Assembly: GCA_964016885.1 (NCBI GenBank)
Contig: OZ024740.1
Span: forward strand, 155,620,001 to 155,684,000
Length of the DNA stretch: 64,000 nt
Direction of reading: 5' to 3'
DNA from: Eledone cirrhosa
Taxonomy: Eukaryota
This document shows, piece after piece, positions 1-12,686 of this stretch. Numbering within the stretch: the stretch's first letter is position 1; each line of letters begins with the position of its first letter. A program made the position numbers and the translations under genes. The notes under the pieces were generated by a model. That model saw only the letters and a program-made list of their open reading frames with translations. It was not told where the DNA came from and did not search any database.

Positions 1-304
1 TTCAATTATTACAGTTATAAACTGTATATTTCAACATACATATATATATGTATATATTTAAAGAGATATGAAAATCAAATTTGGATTAATACAATGGAAA
101 TAACAAATATGCATACATCTGTATATCATTAAGGATTCAATTATGTGTGTATTTGACCGCACACGCATGCATGCGTGTATGTGTATATAAATTGCATCTC
201 TATTATGCATACATTTACCATATATTTTTTGTAGATTCAGTAGTTAAGCCGCGTTTACGTGGGGGGTGGGGGGGGGGGGGTGCGACCTTTAGATGAACAT
301 GTCC

Positions 305-335
<31 letters not shown>

Positions 336-1167
336 TTATATATATACGTATATACTTTTATATCTTATATATATATACACAAACACATATACTTATATAT
401 ATATATACACACACACATATACTTATATATATATACACACACATATGAAAGAGAGATTGATAGACATATTTTGTTGCTCAGTTACAGGTCAGCCCTGATT
501 CACCAGCCATATGATCATATATATTTTAGCTATGACCATCCTAGCTTTCATTTTGACATATATTCATCATTACTTTGCCCAATACTATATTCCTCTGTGT
601 ATACCGTGTGGTATACGCCATAAGTTATACATCAAAACTAGGCTTTTCCAGACATATTTCTGGTTTTAAAAGGGTGCGCATTATACACGAATCCCCCCGG
701 GATACACGGAAGTATACCGTATGTCCTTCCACTTTTTAAATATGGTAGTGTGATTCGAGGGGAATTTGGCTGATATTTTTAGTAGGTATATAGTGGGTCT
801 TTCGTTGCTTGATTTTAGAGCTAAAGTTGATCATTGTTAATTTTTAGAAAATTAAGACATTCCTGTCTGTGACTCAACTTTTTTTTAAATTTTGTTTCTA
901 TTTTATTTAATTCATTCTTTATAAATAATTCAAACCTTAAGCTTGATTAGTTTCAGTAGCTAGGAGGTATAATGCGTGTACACACACAGAAGCACGCTCG
1001 AGATATATTATAAAATAATTATCGGGGTTTTGAATATTTACTTGCAATAATCTTTCAATGGGGATTTAAGACATCCATCCTTGTTTTGTATCTTTTCTCT
1101 CCAATATAATTCTTAAGTTTCCTCTATCCAGGTCTTCAACAACAAAGTCCTAAGACAGAAATACGTT

Positions 1168-1328
1168 ACAGGTAAAATTCCGTTATAACGAATTTTTCAG
1201 TATAACAATTTTTTTTTCAATCTCCAGCCACTCGTCAATGTGTTAGGTTGATCTCGTTATAAAGAATGTTTCGTTACAACGATTATTTTTAATTACCCGT
1301 GAATTTCGTAATAACGGAATTTTACTGT
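1168..1328. mobile_element. MITE with ~20-bp TIRs (pogo/Tigger-like, Tc1-mariner superfamily)
   Basis: The left end ACAGGTAAAATTCCGTTATAACGAA mirrors the right end TTCGTAATAACGGAATTTTACTGT. A partial second copy lies in the opposite orientation at ~6478-6572. Confidence 0.65.
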
Positions 1329-2323
1329 GTCTACAAATGGACAATTTAATCTATATAAAATAATTGAAGTTAACAATTTCTTTTAGGAACCTTTTTTATT
1401 ACCGTATTACTAATGAAGGCACTGCGTCTGTTTGAATTAATTTTGAAAATAACTAAAAACGTGATGGAATTTAATAAAATAATTTTCATTAGTAAGCTGA
1501 TATTTAGAACATTACTTAACAAAAATGTATAAAATAAAATTACGATGGAAAATTTTAATATACGGACAACCATTTTAAAACGAACAGTTTTGTGTCCTAA
1601 TTCAGGGTGGTTTCAAGCTGCTTTGCTTAGTATAAAAAAAGGGTTAAAAGTCATGAAGACACTGCACTTGTTGTTTTACTGACTATTGCTACATACACAA
1701 GTGCATGTATGTGCAGCTGATTGACATAATCAATAGCTTTGTATTTTGCTTCTGAGTTTAGATCCGATCAGATTGACTTTGCCCTTCAAGTAAGAACTAG
1801 ATGTATAAACACTGGTTTAATGTAATCCACTAAACCCTTAGATTGTGAAAATCCGGTAAAAATATATATAGGAAGGGCATTCTGCTGTAGAAGCCGCATC
1901 AAAGACAATGTATGAAGGAGCAAGACAGTCCCTCAAACTGTCTAGTCTTAGACAGCACATATATATGTATGAATTGGTGAATATTTGTTTAGAAACGGGA
2001 AAATGATTCTATACATATAGTAGTGTGTAAATTTAAACAATTGAAACATGAAATTCGGTTATGATTAAAGCTTTCGCTATTTATATATTTTTTCTTTTTA
2101 CTTTTCCAATTTCTCCCTGTTTATTAATACATTTCATCTACTTATCTGCCATAGCTCGGTTTCCTCTACCAACTTTTTATTGTTGACAAAAAAAAAACTT
2201 ATAAAGATTGATTAGATTAGATTAGATAGTGATATTTACTTTTGTCTTGCCACACTCCTTTCTTCGCTTTTTGTTTACCTCTCAACATCTGATTAATAAC
2301 TACCATATATAATATTTCTATAT

Positions 2324-2440
2324 GTGGAGGCATACGGCCTAGTGGTTAGGGTGGATTTATGATCATAAGACCGTGACGGGGAGGTCAAATCTTGGGCTTG
2401 GTGGTGCATTGTTTTTTAGTAAGACGCTTCATTCACGTTA
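2324..2440 (+). mobile_element. Old tRNA-head CORE-SINE fragment
   Basis: TGGAGGCATACGGCCTAGTGGTTAGGG (A box) is followed by a decayed B box and a decayed CORE. It is homologous to the young SINEs at 44801 and 63128. Similar relics lie at ~10930-11040, ~16960-17040 and 49828-50030. Confidence 0.55.
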
Positions 2441-4335
2441 TAAGACACATCAGATACCACCTCATAAGAGGTTAAGCAAAATTTTCATGGGTAATTTCAT
2501 ATAGTATGTCTCTCCATAAATATGAAAGACCAGACCAACATGGAACTAATCTATTGAACTTACAAAACCTCATTTCATTTAACTTTGCCTTTCGCCCTTA
2601 CGGGGTTGATAAAATAAAGCACCAGTAATGCACTGGAGTTTGCTAGCCTTGTGCCAAAAGTAGAAACAATTATATATATAGTAATTTATAAGTGCCCAAA
2701 GCAGAGCTGGAGGCACAACTCATACATGTGTATGTCTTTGTTGGTCTGAAAAACAAGTAAGAAAAATATATGTAAGGTTAGTTATTTACAGCTTTCTCGC
2801 TCTCTTAAAAATGTCTTAAAATATTTTCTTTGTTTAATATATTTTGTTTGTTTTGAGTTATTCAGTTATCTATATCTGTCTATGATTTCATCTCTGTTAC
2901 AACATGAGTTTTAGTGTTGGTAGGGGTGAATAACATAGCTTGATGCATGCTGGTCACTCATCTAGTCATCTATCCTTTCAGTCTACCAACTACATGCAGA
3001 AAGAGTTGCTAGCTGCTATAATCATCACAAACATTATCATCACGTACACATACTCCTTCTCTCTCTCAATCCTACAACCAAACACCACCATCCCTACTGC
3101 TACTGCTGCCACCCACTCCGCTCACCTTTCTTCTCCACCTCAGGCTAGTTACCCTTCCTTCTCATTACCCATGTACAGGAGGAAGGAGGATTCTAATATT
3201 GAATATAGAATGTCTACTTTGAATGAAAGTTTTTAAATGTTGGTCTTCATACTGAGATGTAGGCTAAATACAGGTCAGTAGGCCTCTCTTCTGGATAGAA
3301 ATAGGGGTTTATCACTACCACCACACCCTTTATACCTATACACACACAACCAGACATAATTATGTAGGTGGGGAATGACAGAAAGTTATCAAGGTCTTTT
3401 ATTGTTTTCTTGTGAATATAATATTAATATATAAATAATAATAATAATATTTACATTAGTTTTCACAGGATGGAAGAATTTCAACTTTGAAAATAGAATT
3501 GAAACTGACTCTGGTTCTGATACACAAATGTTTGTTTTAAAGAGTTTTATATTTATCTTAAGAAAACTTACCATCATAATTTTATGTAATAATATTATTT
3601 AATTTAATTTATGAAATCCTCTCAAATTTATTTGAAAATCATAAGCAATGAAATATGATAATGAAGTTTATTAATTTTCTTGTGGATATATTAATAATGG
3701 TACTTTATTTTATCGACCTTGTGAGGATGAAAGACAAAGCTGACCTCGACAGGATTTGAACTTGGAACGTAGTCTCAGATGTTTTAAATCATGTTGTCTG
3801 ACGCTCTACCGATACTACCAATAATAATAGATTTTAAAGAAAGGAAGAATTTCAAAACAATCTTTGTTCCCAAAGATTTGCTTTTGTTTTCAACTTTGGG
3901 GATAACAAGATTAAGATTCTTTGTATCTTCTGTTTTCTGGTTCTATAATTAAAGTATTTATCTAAAAACTTTCCATTATAATTTTGTATAATAAGCTTTA
4001 TGTTCTAAATACCAACTTAATGAGATAATTGATTATATTTTCTAAATCTCTCCAAATGTTTTATTTGAAAATTATATGCAGTGTTTTTCATTAGAAATAT
4101 GGTAATAAAAGAGATAAAGTCAAATTAGGCTATCCTTTAAGGTATATTGTTAAAATTGTTGTTCATTAACTGGTTTCAATCATTGAACTGTGACTATGGA
4201 GGGACACTGTCTTGAAGGTTTTAATCAATCACATTGAACCCAAAACATATTTTTGCCTAATATTTTATTGAACCCTCTTTTTCAAACTGAAGATGTAGGA
4301 ATGAAAAAGACAACTCTAGTGTTAACATAAACAGA

Positions 4336-4381
<46 letters not shown>

Positions 4382-5189
4382 TACATATATGAGTGGTTTC
4401 TACACAGATTCTGGGTACCAAGTTCCACTCACAAGGTATTGCTGAACCATCAGCTACAGTAGAAAATAAAACACTTGCTCAAGGTGCCACACAAAGGAGT
4501 CAAACCCCAAGCCAAATGGTTGCAAAACACATTTCTTAACACTGATATTTATTAAAAAGTCATTGAATGCCAGAAACTAGTATTATTAAGTCATGGGGAC
4601 TAATTTTAAAATAGGCTATTAGCACAATCATTAAAGTAGCTGTATTTAGTTATGTTGCTTTATGTTCAAATCCCACTGGAATTGACTTTGCTTTTCATCC
4701 TTACAAGGTCAATAAATTAAGAACCAATCAAGTATTGAGTTGATTTAATCAACTACACCCTCTCCTCAATTTACTAGAAATCATTAAAATAAAAGTCAAT
4801 TATGTTAGCCAACTTTTAGAAAAAACACTATGTACTATTGGGTAGTGGTAATGTTTATATTTATTTTCTTTTAAATGAGATCATATTAAAAGAAATTAGC
4901 CAGTTAGTTAAACATGGTTAATCTATTTTATCAATATTCACTTATTTGTTAGTGTTGAAAATTTAATCTCAACATCTGTAAATGATGTTGGTGACACTCC
5001 AGTGTTATTGTTAATAGTATGTATGTATGATCCTGATAGTCGTAGGGGCGCCGTATTGACATACAGCATTTCTTGGGCATTTTAAACCTGGCAGAGCCCA
5101 TCCCTCTCCAGGCCTGAGTATAGCAGATTTCTTCCAGAGAAAGATAGAAAGTGAGTGAGAGGAAATTAAAAAGAGATATAGATGAAGAA

Positions 5190-5345
5190 TTGACCACAGT
5201 TCTAGACTCGTACTTTTTTTTATCAACCTCGAAAGGATGAAAGGCAAAGTTGACTTCAGCGGGATTTGAACTCAGATGGCAGAGAGCCAAACGAATACCA
5301 TAAAGCATTCTATCTGACATTGTACTGACTCTGCCAATTCCACCT
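5190..5345 (-). mobile_element. MetaSINE-like tRNA SINE
   Basis: The reverse strand reads TCTGAGTTCAAATCCCGCTGAAGTCAACTTTGCCTTTCATCCTTTCGAGGTTGATAAAAAAAAGTAC, a B box plus a Meta-domain-like block. Related copies lie at ~1770-1840, 2580-2670, 3700-3820 (-), 4660-4780, 5430-5600, 7860-7970, 10545-10770 and 11190-11350. Confidence 0.6.
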
Positions 5346-5383
5346 CCTGTATTGTTAATAGTACTTTGGTTCATGATTTTACC

Positions 5384-5415
<32 letters not shown>

Positions 5416-7194
5416 CTTTCTTTATAGTGTTTGGCAGAATCATTAGAGAATTGTATAAAATGCCTTGCAATATTTCTTCTTTCCTATTATGTTCTGAGTT
5501 AAAATCCCACAGAAATTGATTGTACATGTCATCCTTTGGGGGGATGGGGGGGGGGGGGGGGGTAAACTAAGTATGTCAAGTACTTGGGTCAATATTCTTT
5601 GTCTACTAAAATTTCTCATGCATGAATCCATATATATAAATTCTGGTTTTATTATTTTTTTTTTTTTAGTTTTTGAAATTTATTGTTTATTATGAATTAG
5701 AACTTTATAATATAACACACACACACACACTGTCGAATATAAGCAGAGGAATGTGACAAAAAAAAAAAAATGATAAAATTGACGATTTTCACCAACTTCG
5801 AATTCTACATAAATAAGGTGCTGATATATCTGGAGTGATTATTTCACAATGAAACACCATTTTTCTACATTTACTATAACGTCATGAGTTTTATTTATGC
5901 ATTGCCTTGAGAACATTTCCAACATATTTATTATTTGAACTTTTTAATACATAAATATTCCTTACACATACACATATCGATTGTTTATCTCTGACTTGTA
6001 CTTTTTTGTTTTATTTCACTCGGTCGCTCTCTGTCTCTTCTTCGCCCTTCTACTCTAAATCCTTATACAGTGTTCTTTTAGTTGATCTCTTTCAACTATT
6101 ATCTTATTTATTTCGATCTTCCTCTGTTTTAATGATCTCCATAACAGTTAATGAAAATCTTTTTCTTTTTTTTTTTTATATTTACCTTAAACTAAAAATA
6201 TATCTCCCTTATATTAATTTAGAATGTTTTCATGTTTTTTTTATTTTCTAAAAATGTTGGAGTTGTACGTTTGTCTTAACAAAAACTATACTCTTAACGA
6301 CACTTAAAACATTTTAAATATCCAAATATTAAAACTTTATGAATATTTTTCCACTGATGAGAATTTCAAAACTTCAGCATAATGTGTTGATGAGCTGCCT
6401 CGGCTTATAAACAGTGTTTGGATTTTTTGCCCATTTCTCAGACATAAAATAGGGCGCTGGGTCGCCTGAAAAATATACGTTGTAACGAAAAATTCTTTAT
6501 AACGAGATCGACTTAAAACATTGCGTGTGACCGGGGATTGAAAAAGTTTTGTTATAATGGAATTTTACTTGTATGTACAGGGTGGGCCAAAAGTCATCTC
6601 TTACCTAATTTTATTGATAAAACATATTACAAAATAATTCAAAACGAATTTTTCTTGGAGGGCATATTATATTATATTCTTTGGTCTGATTTGGAATAAT
6701 GGCTTTTTCTCTTCATATTTTCTAAATATCTGTTTCCAATCCTTCCATAAAGATATATTAATAAAATCCACTGCCAGTTTCAATTAATTTTGAAAAATTT
6801 AGTTGCTTTATCTAAAGCAACTAAATTTTTCAATACTGGGATAGTGTTTGAGATATGACATGATAAAATAGAAGTTAATTAATTTAAATATGAATTCTTC
6901 AAAATGGGTTTTGTTTTATATATATATAAAGGGGGTCTCTGGTGTGGAGTGAAACTGAAGTTATGGTAATGGTACATAGTAAGTTCAGGTCGTCCGGTGG
7001 TCAGTTACCTGGAACTGTATAAACACATCCATGGGGATCAGCTCAACACTATCATTTTAATACCTGTTTTTTTTCAGACATTGTTTAAGCTGATATTTCT
7101 ATGGCTAAGCTGCTTTTCTGGTGCCAACTTGAGTTTTTTTTACTAAGGTAACTGAGACAGCTGGCAATGTGAAAAGAAAGCACACACCCACACC

Positions 7195-7330
7195 TCTGGG
7201 TTCCGTATAATTTTTGTCTACTTTTCACAACGCAATAATCAGCCTGAGGCTATAGTAGAAGACACATAGAACCCAAAAGCTCATGGTTGCAAAGTAAATC
7301 TCTTAACCACACAGCCATGCTTGCACCTAT
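7195..7330 (-). mobile_element. Old SINE fragment (second family)
   Basis: GCTATAGTAGAAGACAC...GAACCC...TGGTTGCAAAGTAAATCTCTTAACCACACAGCCATGC is the reverse complement of a tRNA-like head. A similar copy lies at ~4390-4545. Confidence 0.5.
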
Positions 7331-8067
7331 ATAAATGAAAAAGAAATTGTGGTGGTAGTAGTGGTATCAATTTTGTTGTAGCAGCTGACTTGCAATTTTA
7401 TTAGAACTGACTGTCTCTTTAAGCAGCCCTCCTTCCACCTTTGCCAGTAAAAAGGAGGGTATAGCTACAGCTACAACCTCTTCCATGTCATTTGTTTTAT
7501 TTATTCTCTTACTCCTGTTGAAATATATCTTAGGTTTCACTTAGATTTTAGGAAGGACCAGTGTACTTTATATATATATGTATATAAAGTATTTGAGTTG
7601 CAACAGGGATTTATGTGTATAATCGTATTTTGAGGTATATAAAGATGGACTGGTGTATAAGACTCTCCTTTATTTTGAAAAAAGTGTTTTAAAAGAAATA
7701 TATATATATATATATATATATATAGGCATTAAAATGAACTAAACTATGCATGCCTATTTAAACATGCAGCTATACTTATACATGGCTTGTGTATATTATA
7801 TATAGACATTTTTTATAAGGGCAGTGTATCGGAAAAATAATTTGAACATTGGACAACGCCTTATGGTATTAGTTCTAGCTCTTTATATTCTGAAATCTAT
7901 TACTGGGTCGATTTAATCAACTTCTCTCCTAAAGTCACTAGCTTTGTGTCTACATTAAAAATCATAATTATATTTACAAGCTGACCACATAGAAATTTCA
8001 ATTTAATTAGAAACAATCACCAATTATTAAAGATCAATCATTTTAAAAAAATGTTTTATTTATTTGT

Positions 8068-8123
<56 letters not shown>

Positions 8124-8740
8124 CACAGTACAAAATTACACAGACATATACATATACACACACAACACAATAAATCAAATAAATTTAACAAATGATCGAA
8201 TTTACCGAAATGGAATATTTTACTCATAATCTGAAGATAAACAATATTTTCTGTAAAATCCCCCCTCCTTCCCTTCTTTCTCTATCTCCCACAAACACTT
8301 TTATCATTACCTTTTCAGCATGAGACTTATTATATGACAAATACACCAACTTTGATATAATAGTTATCTGTATAAGATGCAGGCAGATTGTTTTCATAAA
8401 ATAGAAATGTATCTATACACTGAAAAATACAGAAAGCTACAAACCAGTGTTAAGTTCTTTTGTAGTTTATATTCTTTTATTTCTACCTACCTCTCACATT
8501 AGTTCATTTGTTTACATAGCCAATACATTGAAATTACCTTGTATGTATGGAAGTTTATGTCAATGTGTGCTCACTCAGCTAACTAAAGATTCCACCATCT
8601 GGGAGAAAAACCTAAAATACACACATAGATTTACACACACACATTCTGTTATCACATAGATTTATAAATGAAGACATATCAATTCTAAATTATCAAATAA
8701 TTTGTTCACATCTCTTTTTATAAAATGAAAATATTAACCC

Positions 8741-8784
<44 letters not shown>

Positions 8785-8841
8785 ATAGAGATTTTTCATT
8801 TCTAACATTAAGAAATTTATTTTAAAGTGTATTTTCTAGAC

Positions 8842-8997
8842 CGGAGGTTGCCAACTTTTCGGGCCTCACAGACCACTAAATTCATAATTTTAAATCTCGC
8901 AGACCACTAATATGAATTTGTTGACAAGATAAATACATTAACAAATTTTCTGCAGACCAGCAAAATTTTCTCTTGGACCACCAGTTGGTGACTGCTG
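8842..8997. mobile_element. hAT (Charlie-like) MITE
   Basis: The imperfect TIRs CGGAGGTTGCCAAC / GTTGGTGACTGCTG are flanked by an 8-bp TSD, TTCTAGAC / TTCTAGAT, which matches the NTCTAGAN target preference of Charlie elements. Confidence 0.65.
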
Positions 8998-9094
8998 TTC
9001 TAGATAGTAATGAAAGGAATTAAGAAATTTTTGTTTTTTCTAGGCTCATAATTATTTATAACAGACACATACATCCATATATAAACTGAAATTG

Positions 9095-9211
9095 CTGAAA
9101 CTCACAGTTGAGATGGCGAAGGACTGCAATAAGTGGCGGGATAATGTGCAAGAAAAGACCCATCCAACCCATGCAAGCATGGCATAACAGTCATAGAACG
9201 GTGATGATGAT
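9095..9211 (+). mobile_element. Decayed RTE LINE 3' end
   Basis: AAGACCCATCCAACCCATGCAAGCATGG...GATGATGA resembles the RTE tail at 34670-34733. Confidence 0.55.
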
Positions 9212-9505
9212 ACACATACATATAATCATCATTCAAAGTTCACTATCCCTGCTAGCATTATATATAAGCTTTCTGTAGTATTTTTTTTTTTTATGTTGCA
9301 AGGTTTGTGATTTGTGTTTTATAAACATTTTTTTTTTTTGTATTTAATCTTTATTGGAAATGAAAATGTTTTTTTTTTACATTTAACTTCTTTTATCTAT
9401 AGGTTTATTCAGTTTATTTATAAACCAAATATATATCGGAGGAAATCCAAGAGTTTATTCTTTTCATTTCCATTTCCATCTCTCCTTTTTTTCATTTATA
9501 TATAT

Positions 9506-9523
9506 AAATGATTATCATTTTCT

Positions 9524-9579
<56 letters not shown>

Positions 9580-9597
9580 AGAAAATGATAATCATTT
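9506..9597. repeat. Perfect 92-bp palindrome centred on (AT)24
   Basis: AAATGATTATCATTTTCTTTTC-(AT)24-GAAAAGAAAATGATAATCATTT. Confidence 0.9.
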
Positions 9598-10089
9598 CTA
9601 ATAAGAAGAATAAATGATTCTTCTAAAATGCAATTAGTAAGATGAAAACTAGCTTTATTTTCACATGTCAGCTTTCTGAGAAATAAAATTTAACTCCAAG
9701 TTACATGTAAAAAAAAAATAACAAAACAAATTATGTTTAAGGCTTAATTCATGTTTTCAATTTATATTTTAATATCTTCTAAATTAAAAAAATAAAAAAT
9801 ACTCATTTTATTATTTTGTTTCAATTTAAATTTCAAAATCTTTTGTGTGTTGCTGACCTAAATAGATATTTAGCATGCTTTTAAATTGTAAAATGGATAT
9901 TTCTAAATCTACACATTCTAATATGTCATCAATTAAAAAAACACACACTAAATTAGGTTTTGGTTTAATTTACATATTTATTTATTTGAAAGATATGTAT
10001 ATATATATGTATGTATGTATGTATATGAATTATTATCTGCTAACAAGAGTTGGACATGTGTGTGTGTATATATATATATATATATAATG

Positions 10090-10550
10090 TATATGAGGTT
10101 TGTCGAAAAAGTTTCCAACCTTAGGTAGTGGGTTGTACATACTTGGTGGGGTTCAGTTGGAAATCGCCTTGTGGCTCCTCATATTTGGCCCAATGAGCCT
10201 TCAACTGTTTGAAGCACATTTGGAATACTTCTTCTGGAATGGCTCAGTTTTACAGTCAGTATAATGTCCTTTTGGTTTTAAAAACGGGACCCTTTCAGTG
10301 GCATCTTTATTTTTGGGAGGAGCCATGTCAGGAGAGTAGGGAGCTTGGCAAATGAATGAAATGCTTTTCTTTGTAATGAATGAGCTAGGGCGTTATGAAG
10401 CAGCTGTCTGTTTTGATGCTCACAGTTCTGGCACATATTCATGATGCACAATGCCTCGATTGTCAGAGAAAACAGTCAACATCACCTTGATTTTGCCGTG
10501 CACCTATTGTGCTTTTTGGGGGCCCTGGCAATGTTGGATGCTGCCCTTAC
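10090..10550 (-). pseudogene. Mariner transposase relic with a terminal repeat
   Basis: The reverse strand of ~10275-10350 reads QAPYSPDMAP...PKIKMPLKGSRF, matching the mariner YSPDLAP motif. A mariner-type end, TATGAGGTTTGTCGAAAAAGTTTCC, lies at 10092. Confidence 0.65.
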
Positions 10551-12502
10551 TAGGGCAGTGGATTGTCAAAATCATTAGAGCATTGAATGAACAAAATACT
10601 TTGCAGTATTTATTAAGGTTCTTTACTTTTTGAGTTCAAATCACATTACGGTCAACTTTATCTTCCATCCTTCTGATGTTGATAGAGTACCAGCTAAATA
10701 CTGGGGCTGATTTAATCGAATATCTACTCTTTCCAAATTTTGGCTTTGTGTATATGTTAGAGATTATCATGATTGGCCAGTGGATTGGGTTGAAATGGTA
10801 GCATAACTAACTAAATAACCTTGCACTATTTAGTTGCATTCATGAGCATTTTGAGTTGAAATCTTTTCAACATAGACTTCTCCCATTTTCAGGGTTAATA
10901 AAATAAACACCATTCTGGTATTGACTAAAGATGTGTAGCTTAGTGGTTAATGTTGAGTGCATGCTCATAAGATCTTGTTGGGTTCTTGGACTAGGTGTCA
11001 TGTGTTCTTAAGGAAGACACTTCATTTCATATTACTTTTCATGGTAGGACTGGGACCCCTATCATTAAAACACCCAAGCAACCTATGAATAGTAGGAAGT
11101 CAGCTAAATCTACATAGGTATGATCTGTAACATTAACCTTCTTTTAAATATATAATTGTTTACTATACCTTATACCAAAAATTGTGACAGATAGCAGAAA
11201 TCAATAGAGCAATGAATTGAATGATTAACAGTATTTAATTGAATTGCTGAGGTCTATTTTGCTGTTTGTCCTTTCAGGTCACTTAGTTTTGAGTCAAATA
11301 CCGGGGTTAATACAAATAAGTATAACTATATGAATTTCTGGCTGAGTTTGATAAAAGAAATACTAGTCAAATACTAGTCAAATACTAGAAGCTATTAAAT
11401 CAACTAAACCTCTCTCCAAAAATAGCTTCATGTCTGTTACATAACTCAACACAGCAAAATTCATAGTTGTCTTCTGTAAGTACATAATCATCACCATCAT
11501 CTAGCATTTTGTAAGAAAGACTGGTATTTATTTCAATTGTTTAACTTTAATATTTATGGTTACTTTACATAAAATGTACCTGAACAGTTATGTTGTTATA
11601 TCTTAGATAATTCAGTTTTATTATTGCAATTATTTCAAACTATATGTGTCTGGATATTCATATTCATTGTGTGTAAAAGCCATTTTTTTTCTTTTCCTTT
11701 CTATTTTTTGAATGGGATTTACTTGTTTTTTTTTTTTTTGCTTTAAAAAAAATGCTTCTTCATATGCATATATATATATATATGTGTGTGTGTGTATATA
11801 TGTATATATAATGTGTGTGTGTATATATTACTGATAGTTTTGTTTGCTTGAATATAAAATACTTTGATGGTTGAGTAAAGCATTATTTATCGATTGCTTA
11901 GCTTTTTATGTATGTGATCTTTGTTCATATATACAATTAAAAAAAACCCCAGCAAATGTATTGTATTCTTTCATCTCAATCTTAATTTCAATCATAAATT
12001 GTTAATATATATATTTGTGTGTGTATGCATATATAGTCATTGGACTGCAACCATGTTAGGAAACCACCTTGTAGGTCTTTATTAGATCATATCAATCCTA
12101 GTACTTATTTTAGCCTGGTACTTATTTATTTAATCTCTATTGAATAGTTCAGTTGCTCTTTTATTGACATATAGGCATCCAGCTGAACACAATGGTTTAC
12201 ACCAGTATGCACAAGTTGTTATATACAATTATTTACATAATAATAATATTATACATTATATCTGTTGCTGTCTGGTTTCATATTTGAAAGGATCAATTTA
12301 TTTGTGTTCATATATTTCTTCATTTGTTCAGTATTCTTTACGGCTTTATATATGTATATATGTGTGTGTATTATATATATGGCTGATCCAAAAGCTGAGA
12401 AAATGAGATTTACAATTTGTTGACAAGATATTAAATAAATTGATGTGTTCAAGTATGAAACCATTCAATAGCAGCTATAATGTTGTGTAATATATTAATA
12501 TA

Positions 12503-12686
12503 TAGGGCAACATTGGTAGAGTGGCAGGCTAAATGCTTTGTGGTATCTAGTTACGATTTCCTATGTGCTGAGTTCAAATCCTGCTGGGTCAACTTTTCCT
12601 TTCGTTCTTGCGTGGTTAATGAAATAAGAACTGGGATTCATATAATCGACTTACCCTTTTCCCCAAATTGCTGGCTTTGTTCCAAT
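12503..12686 (+). mobile_element. MetaSINE-like SINE
   Basis: GCTGAGTTCAAATCCTGCTGGGTCAACTTTTCCTTTCGTTCTT...AATGAAATAAGAAC, the same family as the 5190 copy. Confidence 0.55.

Noticed and set aside
2940-3236. 98-aa Ser/Thr/Pro-rich ORF
   Set aside because: It is low in complexity, has no recognisable domain and no convincing splice context.
4949-5374. 141-aa minus-strand ORF
   Set aside because: It runs through a SINE copy.
6352-6385. CTGATGA hammerhead-like seed (also at 48403)
   Set aside because: There is no properly placed GAAA and no stem I pairing.
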